DNA of 64,000 nucleotides from Dipteris shenzhenensis. Taxonomy: Eukaryota. The stretch lies in assembly GCA_047967505.1 (NCBI GenBank), contig CM106538.1. The stretch is one strand, 5' to 3'. Of this stretch, positions 13,301 to 25,800 are shown piece after piece. The translations under genes were made by a program, and so were the position numbers. The notes under the pieces are model-generated. The model saw only the letters and a program-made list of their open reading frames with translations. It had not been told where the DNA came from and searched no databases. Position 1 is the stretch's first letter, and each line of letters starts with the position of its first letter.

Positions 13301-13935
13301 GTCTAGGGGGTGTTTTATAGTCTAGTGAGTCCTAGACAGGCCACGTGTCATATTGGGAGTTATCCCATATACACTATGGCTTTCTAGAGTCTAGTGTCAC
13401 ACTATATAGTGTTGTACTTGTCTTGAGTCTTTAGATATCAGTCAACATCAAGCTATCTACATGTGAGTATTTTGGTTATCATTGCCTAGCACTTGTTCTT
13501 TCATTTTCCTTTCCATTTTGCTTTTCATTATGCTTTCCACATTTCCATTCCGCTCCGAGCTAGCTACTAGATCTCTTCAGGCCCCTCACTAAGACATTCA
13601 ATGCCTTGCTCCTCCTTCTCTCTTTCTCTAGGGTCTCAGAAATATACTCTTTCTTGGAGGCTGTAGACCCCTTTTTCACCACTGCTGTCCACTCGAGCAT
13701 CTCTTCCTTTCCCTTGGTGAGCTGTTGTGTGTTTACCATTCATGGTGGCCTGCATAGCAGCCATCTCTCTCTCTTGAGAGTTGCATTTTCTGCTTTGAGC
13801 TCTTCCATGGCTTTGCTGCCCCCTTTTGAGGTTGCTTGCATGTCTTTCATTTGCTGTAATTCAATCCCAATTGCTTGCACCTTATCTTTTAGCTTGACTT
13901 TTGTCACTTACCCATCCCGCTTTCTCCTTCTCCCA
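10384..13935 (-). mobile_element. Degenerate two-ORF LINE remnant (ORF1 + ORF2 fragments), split by the LTR element at 11344-13579
   Basis: ORF1 remnant ...LKGTKRYLDGDLT...MAAREIGIRAAYRDGKVII at ~11230-10990, with its upstream part at 13585-13935. ORF2-like fragments VTGYGRHLLELG and PRNPLFDDECRK at 10920-10384. Confidence 0.6.
11344..13579 (+). mobile_element. Complete non-autonomous LTR retrotransposon (TRIM/LARD-like)
   Basis: LTRs 11344-11668 and 13256-13579 (TG...CA; 7 substitutions + 1 indel by manual count), PBS 11671-11683, G-run PPT ending 13255, perfect TSD GGCCC at 11339-11343 and 13580-13584. No recognisable coding capacity in the 1.6 kb interior. Confidence 0.95.
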
Positions 13936-13937
13936 TT

Positions 13938-14170
13938 GTATGATATGATATGATATGATTGTATCAAAGTCTGTGTGAGACCCTTCAAGATGTATGGGAC
14001 TGGCGATCACTATTAACTAATAGAGGGGTTTTGTCCTACTTCTAGCCTTCATTAACATAAGCAGCCAAAGAGGAGGGGAGAGGAGGGGGAGAGTCAATCA
14101 GCCCACCTCTTTTGCAATACGCCTGGAAAGGAGTGGAAGGTCGTGAGAAACTTCAACGGCACATGATTTA
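13938..14170 (-). mobile_element. Short LINE/SINE 3' end with (ATCAT)n tail
   Basis: Minus strand reads CAGTCCCATACATCTTGAAGGGTCTCACACAGACTTTGATACAATCATATCATATCA, resembling the 3' end of the ORF1-only family. Confidence 0.5.
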
Positions 14171-14250
14171 GTCTGAAAATGCAATGCAATATTATCTGTT
14201 AGCTTTGATTATCTATGGGCTAAGATTTTGACATATTTTGCAATACTTAG

Positions 14251-14356
14251 AATCCATGTCATATTAATCTAAATCTGATGTTAGATGAAGATACAGATCC
14301 TCCTACTCCAACAGATGAGGAGATGGGTTTAATAGATACCATTGTATCGACTTCTG
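14251..14356 (+). CDS. PI3K exon A (linker into helical domain)
   Basis: Acceptor ...tacttag|AAT, donor TCTG|gtatgt; phase 1 into exon B (G|AT = Asp). The 5' acceptor is less certain (alternative AG ending at 14284). Confidence 0.7.
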
Positions 14357-17300
14357 GTATGTTTCTTATACCTGCATTGAACAAAAACAGATGTTCCTGT
14401 GTTATTGAATTTTTATTACAGTCAACTATTCTTTATTTTCACACAACTTACACAGTTCAAGCTATGGTGACAGTATTTAGCTAATGTTACTTTAAGCACA
14501 TTAATATGTTGCGGTTGTTTCTCTCTTTATAGATGTGATCACTCCTCCATCTGAAGCACAGAAGCACATACTGTGGCAGCTTCGCCATGCACTTGTGGAC
14601 AACCCACACGCACTACCAAAATTCCTACTGTCAGTCCCTTGGAGCAAACATTCTTGTGTTGTAGAAACTCACAGGTTGGTTTTTAATAATATTAATGTGC
14701 ACATTCTTTTCATTGTGGAAATTGATACCCCTTTCATATTTTTAAGGGTAACATTGTTTAATTTATGAATCAAAGGAAGCCTTAACGGTTATCTCTCCCC
14801 CTTTGTGTTTTAGTGTGTGCGTGTGTGAATGTGTGCATTTGTGTATGAATGTCTCATGTGCACATCTGGAATTCTGTATGAATACATCGTGTGCACATCC
14901 ACAAGCATAGGAAAAAAATAGCATCACAAAACAAACTTGGAAGATGTGCTTACTTGAAGATACTACATGCTCTGTCAATGTCAAACGTTGAAAACAAAAT
15001 CCAGGCATAGGGCTGCAATTGCAACAGCACTTCATGTTTGAAAAGTGAAAACCATTTGCAAGCATGAAGTGTCAAGAGAGCACGGTTCACATAAGCTAAT
15101 ATCTTAAGAGCACAAAACTGCTTTATGTAACTATTCAGATAGATGCTCACAAAATTGCACAAGTTGCTTGGTCTTTTTATTTTAAATCTTTGAGAAGTAG
15201 ACTTCTATAGAGCATGAGAGAAACCACCTAGAGTAAAAACCCCCAGGTTGAAATCAAAGACCATGCAAAGTCTGAAAAAGCTAAGACTGGCTGGAAATGC
15301 CAAATCATGCTGAGAGATGCAAAAAAGAAGGGGCTGTTTCTCCATTCCCTGAGAAACAACCTCCTCCTAGAGATTGCTCTGGAAGACTTTTTAATCGTCA
15401 TTGATTTTAGTGAGGCTACAGATGATGTGTTGCAGCCCCAAACAAAAAATTCAGAACAGCAAGAAATGCCCACGCAGTCGGGAAAAAAAAAAAAAGCAAA
15501 GGAAGAGGGGGCTAGAAACTAGGCTCTGATACCACATGAAGGCACATGGCACGGAATGGAAAGGAAATGGAAAGACTAAAATGAAGATACAAGTACAAAG
15601 CAATGATAACCAAAGTACTCACATAATAGAAAGCTTGATGTAGACTCCATACTAAAGAGACCTGGTCTCATCCACAAGTCTACGAAGAGTGTCCGAAGAG
15701 TATCTCTGACCCACTGCCCTGAAGAACTCTCTAGAGCATCTATCCCCCTTCTGGATCTAGAAGGTCTGCTAGGAGTAAAACCTGAACTGGGCCTTTCTGC
15801 CCTGAATCTCCTCTAGTCTCTCCTGAGCCTCTGAAAGCTGCCCTCTGATGAAAAGAGAATGAGTAAAGCTCTGAATCAATCTCTGAAGTCTGGATACCTC
15901 CGCTCTTGCGTTCCGATCTCTGATTCTGAGCTTTTCCTTCTCCTCTTTTGCCCTCAACAGGCAGGCCATGTTGGCTCTAGTCAAAGCCCCCTCTACCCAC
16001 ATCAACCAGCCCTGATCCACATGAGTGTCCTCTGACAACCAAGCCTCTCTCAACCGTTCCACGAACTCTGTGTCTTGAAAAACAAAGTCCGGAACTCTCA
16101 CAAAGCCTGTGCTCTCCAATGAGAGGTAGGGAGAATCTGTAATAGGACTGGAGCATGGTCAGATAAAACATAACCCGGGTGGATCCCGATCTGTCCTCCT
16201 CTGGCCTGGCCCCATTGGCCAATATAAAACCTGTCAAGTCTGACCAAAGAGAGAGAGCCATGGAAAACCCCGGACCAAGAGAACTAAAGACTGTCAGCCA
16301 AGTGACGAAAGTCATCCAATTGAGCTGCATCATGAAGTCCAGCATGCAAAACAAAACTATCCCACTCCACTCTCTCCCTATCAGAAAGGCCACCCTCTGT
16401 CTGGCCGGACTTGTCTTCAGAGAATTCAACCATGTTGAAATCAAAGTAGGCAAAGGTCGAGGAGGGGGGAACTCTGAAGTGAGTCTAACCCTCGTAACAC
16501 CTGTACCAATAAGTGACTGAGCATAGGAATGTCTAGCACCTGAAGGGATGACTGTAGCTGCCACACTAGCCATATGCTCCACAGCTCTGCTACAAGAGCT
16601 GACCTCATCAGGAAGTCCAGGGAAAAGCATCCAAAAGGAGACCTGTCGCGGTCCCGGGGAAGTAGAACTAAAGTGCTTCCGCCAAGGCCACAAACGGATG
16701 ACTCTGCTCTGAAACTGAATCAGTGAGCTCATAAGTACTCTTTGAGCCTGCTCTGTAGACTGAAGGCCAAAAGAAAAGTACCCTCTGCCAAGCAATCAGA
16801 AAACCGTAACTGAGACACCTAATGAGGCCATGCTGGTGTACACCCAATCATGTAAATGTTGGCCTCTATCGGGTAGAAAGCCAATGATGTGTGTCGAACG
16901 AAAACCGTCCTCTGCTACCTCAATCATCTGCACAATGTCGGGAGGAAAAGAAACTGTGACTTCAGTCTCCTCAGGTTCGGCAATGGGAGTGGCATTAGTG
17001 TCCTCCATTGTCTCAGCTTACGCTGTCCTGAGGGGAGGGGCTACCTCTGCTGAAAATGTTTTAATGAGCTGGGCTATGCATTGGAGTTCGTTTAGGACCT
17101 GCACCGTTTATTTATTTTGAGACGGACTCCTCTCAAAGATTGTATCCCACTCAGCGTCAGGAGCTTCTTTGGCAGAGAGTCAGGGTCATTGGTTGCCTGG
17201 GTAAGGAATGGGCCAGAGATCCTTCCAGGTTGACCTTTGCAGAGGATATTAGATGGAGACTTTGGATTTTTCAGGGTCGACCTCTTGCGGAGCTTGACTA

Positions 17301-20300
17301 GGACCTAGGTGAGTGGGCATGGCCTGCTCCGGTGGCAGGCGTTCGTCCTCTTTCTTTTTTCCAGTACTCGACGAGGGCAGGTTATAGGCTTCAGCAGAGA
17401 GACTCTCATTACCTACCATCTGCCTCCCAGCATTGGCACGCACAGGAACTTACTGCAGAGCTCTTGCTGAGCTACTGGACCCACTTTTGGGGCATCAGTA
17501 GAGCCAGCAAAGTCTCCTATTTTCTTTGGATCACTATACATAGGGGCATACCTGTGGGTACTTGGCTCCAACAGATGGGTAGACCCTCCTTGTGTATGCG
17601 TTGTCAGCTTGCAGAGGAATCTAGCAAGCATTGTTTATGGAGTTGCACCAGCTCTAGAGTGGTATGGACAGGTATTTTTAGGTTGTTCTCATATGTTACA
17701 TCTGAGTCCTTTCTGATGACTTGGGGCGCTGCTCTTTGGGGGAGAGGATCTGGAGCCTTTACTCTCCTTGAGTTAGAACCAGGAGACCACGGTTTCTTCA
17801 TGCAGCATCGCCAGAGACGGGGTCCCACGGAGGCCAGCATCATGGAGCTGCAGGATTTACTTTTGGTACCAGTACCAGCTCAGGATTCCATGCCTACTTC
17901 AGCTGTAGGGTCAGCCTGGGAGGTGATTTCCAGCATTACCCTATGGCGGATATGGTGTTCGCGATGTTCTTTTGTCCTTGGGGGCCATTTATGCACGGAG
18001 GCTGACACTCTTGCTTCCATTTGGGCGGAGATTATCTTCACTCTCAGGAGTCAGTGGGAGCGGTGTACAGGCACCTCTTTGGCAGCTCGTGGGAGACTTA
18101 TATCCTTCATGAGGACATGGGACTGCTCTTTATTTTTTCACTTGACCCCTTTTGGGATGTCGTGGCATTTTAGTCCACCTCCATGGCTTTTTTGCCACAT
18201 TGTTGAGGCTAGGGATAGAGTACTTTCTCTCCCACCTGTTGTATGATTTGTTTTGAATGGAATATATCACTCTTTTCTTTAAAAAAAAAAAGACTCAAGA
18301 CAAGTACAACACTATATAGTGTGACACTAGACTCTAGAAAACACACAATGTATATGGGATACGTCCCATAATGGCATGTGGCACTCTAGGATATAAAGTA
18401 GAATGGTGTCTACTAAAATCCTCTCCGCATGTGTAGGCCCGTTATACCACAACCAAGACACCCTCACTGTATGCTCACATATACATACGAGGAGGTCTAG
18501 ATCGACCCATAATTGGACACCATGAACATATTTTTTTATCTACAGCAGCAGGTAACAGAGTTAAAGATGCAACTAGCAGATGCAATAGCTAGAATTCAGG
18601 CTCTCAAAGGACCTGGCAAGCAGGCAGTAATTGATGAGGCAGTAAAGTTTTGCAAGTCTTCCCCCCCTACCCCCCAACTAGTCTCTACAATCAAAGATCT
18701 AGTTCACACTGAAATATAGACTGCTAAGAAGGAAGTGATTGATACCAAAGTAAATAAAGCTGACATTCAGGAAGAGATTAAAGAACGCACAGCTAGACGT
18801 GATAATGCCTTGAAGATAAGAATAGGGGGACCTCCTAAAGGATGGTATAAAGAAGAGGACTCTTTCGGTGACACTTTAGCACATGTCAAAGCAGCCATGC
18901 CTAACATTGATTGGACGGTTGGCAAGGGTGATGATGTCGATGATGATGATGAAGCTAGACCAACTCAAATCTCACAGTCTCAAGGTCATGCTATCATTAT
19001 GCTCAACTCACATGATCTACGTATCGAGCTTCTCCGACGATCTTATAAATTGAAAGGGACTAAGATATGGATAGCTGAGGAACTTGCACGAGCTCAACTG
19101 AAAAATAAGGCAACGGAATCAGCTAAGGTCAAGGATGCTAGGAAGGATGGAAAATGGGTAGTATATCTTGGAGGCATAACAATCATTAAGGAGTTTAAAT
19201 CTAAGCCAAAATCCTCTCAGTCTTAAAATGTTGTATGGCTGATTATGTTTTTCAAGCTATAACGTAGGTACTCTAAATAATTGGAGCTGCTCTTTGCACT
19301 CTCTGGGAGCTGCCATGTGCCCTCCCTAAGTAGATAGACTAGAGAGGTTTTTCAGTCCCATAGACCTGTTGGTCTTCCGTGGACGTTAATAGACTTTCTT
19401 TCTTTCTTTCTTTCTTTCACGTTTGATGTCTTTGCTCATGCTGTTGTCTAGCTCTCTCCCTCACTTCGTGTTCCTACAGTATTTCAGCTAACAATCATCA
19501 TCGATGGGAGAAAGTAGGGTGGAAAATCGTACCCGACCTGGTGTATATCTCTTGGAGTAGTGGTGAGGAGGGAAGTCCATAGGGGAAACAACTCCCTTCT
19601 AAGTATCTAGAGTAGATCTCCTGGAATAGTGGTGAGGAGGGAAGTCCACAGGGAAAACAACTCCCTCTAAGTAGATCTCCCTTCTCAATCATGAGGAGGG
19701 AAGTCCATAGAGGAAAGAACCCCACACCTATGGAAGATGACACCGTATCGATAGGAAAATCAAGAACTGTGTCACCAAATGTAGAGTGCAAAAACAGTAA
19801 AATCAGCTAGAGGAGAGGAGTTCCTCTGAACCAAGTATGGCACCAGAGTCCACAAAATCCATGTGTGTGAGGTTGGAGTCACATCCTTCCCAGGATCAAT
19901 GAATTGCATCTAAAGAACAAATGTAGAAGGGGGCTGCTCGGACCGGATGTCATGGTTTGGAGAAGAAAGTGAGGGAACATCAACCCTAGCCTCAAGCAAA
20001 GCTAGGTCAAGGGAAACATTGGCTGTGACCTGAAGAGGATCAAGGGCATCTGTGACCTGAAGAGGATCAAGGACATCACTAGCATCACTAGCCCCACGAC
20101 CAAAATCGGAATATCACTAGCCCTGAGGGAACCTAATTTTTTGCAGATTCTAGTGATGTACTGCAAAAAAAAACCGCAACCGAACACGGGGCAGAAGGTG
20201 CAGGATGTGTAGTGGGTGCTAGATGTGCAGGAGGTGCCGGATGGAACCCTCTGATGAGGGTGAGGAGGTGCCACACCAGAAGACGTCTTGGGCTTTTTTT

Positions 20301-22789
20301 CTGCCTTGGGCAATCCTAGCGAAATGCAACATTAATCTTGCCTGCCCATAATCTCAACTGCCCATAATCTCAATTGCCTGTAATCTCAGCTCTTACCGAA
20401 AAAGAGCGCCATCAGGAAGTTGGAGCATGATGTGGTCATAAAAAATATTAGGATCAGACAAGATGACCTAATATGGGAACCCCATCAGATATGATCGCCT
20501 CTCTGTAGGAGACGGTAAACTAGGGAGGGAGGGATCTCTGTTACCAGCCCGAAGGAAGCTCTGATGGTGGCAAGGAGCCGATGATAAACCTAGTAATTTG
20601 ATTAAGAGTGGTGTGATCCAACTATCCTCCTCTAATAGGGCGAACCCAGCATGAAAGGTGAAAGGAAATTCCTCTTGTGACGTAGCACAAGGGTTTAGCC
20701 TTAAGCATTGTGCTCGCGGCTCCGAGAAAATCAAAAGCCACCTAAAAAAACCTCATCCCAATAAACAAACATTGGAAGGCGGGGGCAAAGTTTGAAGGTA
20801 AGGCAGTCCCCAGTCTATGATCTGGAAGGGTGGAGCTCAATAGATCTATGACTCACCATTCCATGTTCGAAGGCGGCGGACTCAATAGTCTTTGAATCTC
20901 TATTCCTTCCAAGATTGACTTTGTTGATAAACTTACATCCTCTACACTCATCTCACTTCTTTCTCGTGAAGTCGTGCCAATCCATCCACTTGCATTCAAA
21001 GAGAGTGCATCCAAGAACATATAAAGGGCACAAGTTATCATTGGCACATGTTAACAACAGAAATGGTACAAAATGACGAGATAGAAATGCTGTAACAAGT
21101 CTTTTTCAAGAAAAATGTTTTTTTGCAAAGAGTTTTTCAGGAAAAATGTTTGTGTTGAAAATCTTTTTCTCTATGTTTCAAGAATTATCTTTAAATTTGT
21201 TGCTTGAGCTCTCAAACATAAGAATTGGTTGTATAAACGTTTCCATAATTTTTTGCAAACTTCTGGTTTTTCTTTCAATTCAGACACTAATTGTTCAAAC
21301 AACATGTCAATAGAGATTTCTTTGAGGAATTCATACATGTATTTCGTGACATTTCACAAGGGAAAACATTTTGTTATGTATCACTTGTTGCAGGATTCTT
21401 ACTAGATGGAAGCCTATTCAACCATTTTATGCCCTTCAGGTTTTCCTCATTTCCAATTGAACATATTCAAAAAATGTATCTTTGCTTAAAGTTCTAAAAA
21501 CCTATAAATACATAAAAGGGTTGCGAACCAAAAACAATCCAATAAGAAAATATTTAATCTAATGTAATGTGTATGTAAAATTAAGAGACAGCCATAGCAT
21601 GTTGATTATAGGGCTGAGCATCAAGCTTATAAAGACCCATGCTAGCCTCATAAGAAGCTATAGCCACAATCTCATACCCTTTCTTTGGATCCTTGATCTT
21701 GCATTAATCATCCTAGAATCCCACAACCATGTGCTGATCATGGACCATGGATGGAACTGAAACAAGATTTTTCCTGAAGTCAGGAACATACCAGACCTCA
21801 CGGATGTACGTTTTCTTTCCTGAATCCAAAAGGATGGGAACATCTCCCACTCCTGTGATGTCCTGAGTTGCATCATCACTGGCTCAAATGCAATGTGCTT
21901 CTGCCCCCAAAAATCAGCCTGTATCTCAGCCAAACAATGGCTCACTTGCTCAATAGGCATCCAAAAGTGCATAACTTACAGCCAACACTTGGCTTCAAAT
22001 ATGCATAACACCTGAGCAGTGATTTGCACTCAATGTGTAGCAAAAAAACTGTCCCAAATGCACTGATACATGTGCAATGCAATCTGCAAGACACACGCGC
22101 AATGCTATCCCAAAGAACCAACTAGGAGAGGCTGAAAATGAGCTGAAGCAAGGATCTTGCGCTGGAGCAGGAGTAAAATTTGAACCACCAAGTCGAATCC
22201 GGAGCTAGAGATGCAGGGAGAGTGGGGAAGCAAGTGACAGGGCTGGAAGGACTAGCTCTGATACCACATGTAGGAACAAGAATGGAGAAGAGTTGTGAAC
22301 GCAAGAACAATAAGTGAACAAAAGTGAAGTCCAACTGAAATGTTCAAATGAAACAATACAAGTACTTGGTATATATAGTACCCAAGTACTAGTCAACCAT
22401 ATAGTTGACTTATGGCCTACAACACCATATCATTGTAGATATCTCTATGGAATAGAGGCAAAATAAAATGCAAGTCCCTTCTCTACTATAAATAGCTCCA
22501 AACCAAAAGTTTGACCTAAGAAAAGTTTGCCATTTTCTTGGAAACCACATTTCTTCTTTTTTTTTAATTCTTTCCTTGAAATAAACTTCTATTAAGTATG
22601 AAAAAAATAGCCGAGCAAAGAAGCTCTATTCATTTTGATTGCCTCTACTACTGAAGTAGGTGAAGTACCCTGAAAATGGCTCGGATGGTGAGAAGAAACT
22701 TGTAGTAGATCCAGGAAAACTAATGAAAAGAGAGGATATCTTTCTGGTTTCCTCCATTGGGTCAACAAATCTCAGACTGAAAGGATGGA

Positions 22790-22837
<48 letters not shown>

Positions 22838-25800
22838 CAATCATAGATGCAGGTCGCAGCTCTAGGCACAAGTCGAATGTGTAGTTGCACGCTCCAAATA
22901 GGTTAAGCAAGTTGTGTTTCGCCTCTGTTCCAATCGCGCTGCCAATACAGTCTTAGGCCTTTCAGTTTGCAGCTCCTACCAGCCCTTCAAGTCACATCTC
23001 AAACTCAGGTCACAGAGTGCGGTCTTCAATTCCGATCAGTTCATTAATGTTCCGTTCAGTTTCAGGCTTCAGCTCACAGCAAAACAGGCCCCAATTCTGG
23101 GTTGGGCTGAACCCCCTAGCCCAACTCAGGGGTTAACTCCAGTAGAGGTGGGTTTCTCCAGCTTATACAAGCCAATATGGAGACTCCCAAGGTGAAAGCG
23201 TTCATTCCCTGGACCCCGGCTAGCAAGTTCTCCTACTCAGCTGCTGTTACAGCTTTTGCCCTGACTCCTACTCCGTATGCAATTACGTACCAAAGGTTGA
23301 AGACTCTTTCAGAAAAGTTCATGATATGGAGGGCAATGGAAAGCAAGAAGTCATCCATGATGCACTACACACATGTGATGCATCTCCACTAATACCACAG
23401 CTAGTTTCTAAAGTGCAGGGAATGGTCACCACTTGAGTGAAATCAATGAAACAAGAGATGATTGCTGATGTAAAACAGCAAAGTGAACAAAGCTGATCTT
23501 TACATGGAATTGAAAGAGCAGGAAGCCAAAGAAACTAACAGGCTGATTTTACGGGGAAGGGATTATGAGATGGTTGTCTTGGCACAAGGGAATACACAGA
23601 AGATAAAATCAACTACCTCAAGGAGAAGATACCAAAAGTGGAATGGAACCAGATGTTATCTTGATATCCAGCAAAAGGGAACATAGATACAATTCTCTCT
23701 CAGTGACAAGGCAGCAAGGATCAAGATTCTCCAGCAGATACACAAGCTGAAGGGCAAGAAGATATGGATATCTGAGAAGCTCCATTGAACTTAATAAAGT
23801 GAGAGAAGCTAGGAAAGCAGGAAAAGGAGCAGTTTAGCATGAAGGACAAGAATTGATTAGAGATTCCAAATCTCAGCCCAAAGACTCTCAGCCTTAAACT
23901 GATGTAATGAAGGTCACACTATGATAGTACTAGAATATAGGTATGTTCTATAATAATTTTGAGCTGCTTTATGCACTCTCTAGGAGATGCTTTGTGCACC
24001 CCCCTTCTCCTTCTTTGTTACGTGTACCTTGTCTCATAGGCTCGTGAGGCCTTCTACAGACATTAATGGATCTTTTCTCATTTCATTACACCACTTTTGC
24101 ATTGAGAGTGGATGGGCCAAGGCATACCCAGGGAGAGTTGCATTTGTAGTTTATGTGATCAGTAGGAGGTTGCATCGGAGGACTATTTTGCTTTCAAATG
24201 CCCTGTATACTATGAGATTGGAGGTCATTATTAGTGCCTCTTAAGGGATGGTTTCGGACCCTTATCTAGGGTCTCTTTCCTACCCAAATCAGAGATGCCT
24301 GTTGTCCATCTATGAGGCCATCCGACCGAAGGAACATTTGAGGCGACATCAGGGTGGAAAGCCAGACTCTATGTAGAGCATGATCACCGAGTTTTTCCAG
24401 CCAAAGAGCACTGACCAGCAGGGCAGAGGGAGACGATGTGCCGTGAGGACTAGAGCGAGTATATGGTAGACTCGCCAATGAGTTGATGCACATATCAGAC
24501 TAAGGGACCTTCCCTCCATGCTCATCACAGATTGGGAACTTCTGACGGGATGATAGTGGTACTTGTTCGTCGCAAGGCCATAGCTCGAGGGCCATAGCTC
24601 GGAGATCATAGCGGATCACACATATCGACAGTTGTCAGTGCTCTATCGTAGTCATTACACCACCACAGCCTCGTGCATCACCGATCCCCCCCCTCTTAGG
24701 CTTGACCTCTCCACCAGCTTCCAAACAATCACCACAGTGACACCGGCCCCCATCTTCTTCATGAGCTCAAAGTTTTCTCCTAATGTATTTGTCATGGGTG
24801 TTGATGTACGCTTAAAGGCTCCACCCCTGCCCCTTGTTGTATTAGGTTCTTTCAATCTCACAGACCCTTTGTTCTTTCAAAGAATTGTAATAAACTTGTA
24901 ATAAGCATCATAGAGAGGGGACGGTCCGAGTGATGGCAACGAGGCAGGAGGGGAAATGGACTGCATACAAAGATGAGGTAATTATACGAGAGAAGGCAAA
25001 AAGGGAGAGATAGAGGCAGACAACGCATGACGGTTTTGGACCTATGAGATAGAGACACGTGAGAGATTGGGTATGGCTGTTTGGAATTGTTATGGCACCC
25101 TTTATTGTGACCCAATGGGTTTCTCAAAGATTTACACAAATAGAGATGCCATTTTCTTTTTCTTTTTTTCAATAAAAAGAATTCTATTAAGTATGAAAGA
25201 AACCCGCAAGCATAAGCTCAAAAGAGGAAATACATCATGCAAAGCATGAGAGAAAGTCTTCTCAAAAAGAGCTAGAAAAACGCCTAGGTGGAGGCTGAAA
25301 ATGCCACCTCAGCCCTGCAGTAAACTCTGAGAAGGGAGAACCCCTCCGTTCTCCAAGGAAGATAGTCCTCTTTGCAGTGGCTGCCCAAGATGAACCCTGC
25401 ATGGTACCCCAAATGGTCACGAGAGGATCTACACTGGTTCACTGCAATCCCTCCATGAATAGAAAGCCAAAAGGAAAGAGTGATTTTTCTATTTCTAAGG
25501 GATTTCCAAGGTCTCTTCTAGAAAACCCTCTGCAAGTTTGGAGATATCTAAAAGTTATCCCAAAGAGTGGTTGTGGAAGGCCTCCAATCTCTATAGCTGA
25601 ACTGGAATCTCCTGGCATTACTGATAGTGTAACAAAAGTTTTCTCTTGGTGCTCCTTATCAATCCACTCCCACTCCCCAGGGAAAGAACATGGTGGAGAG
25701 GGAGAGGGAGAGAGAGAGGGTAGGCTAGGAAGAGAGAAGATAACACTCAAACGGAAACATGATGAAAGTGAAAGGAAATGGAAATGAGCAATAGACCAAA

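Noticed and set aside
19545-19710. Short spaced repeats resembling a CRISPR array
   Set aside because: Eukaryotic context; degenerate tandem units without unique spacers, and no cas genes.
772-22448. LTRs at 772-955 and 22269-22448 as the two ends of one 21-kb element
   Set aside because: They are clearly diverged outside the shared core, have no matching TSD, and would enclose three host exons; more likely independent insertions.
24655-24861. G-patch-like [14 protein letters not shown]
   Set aside because: Too short and weak; no splice or domain context.
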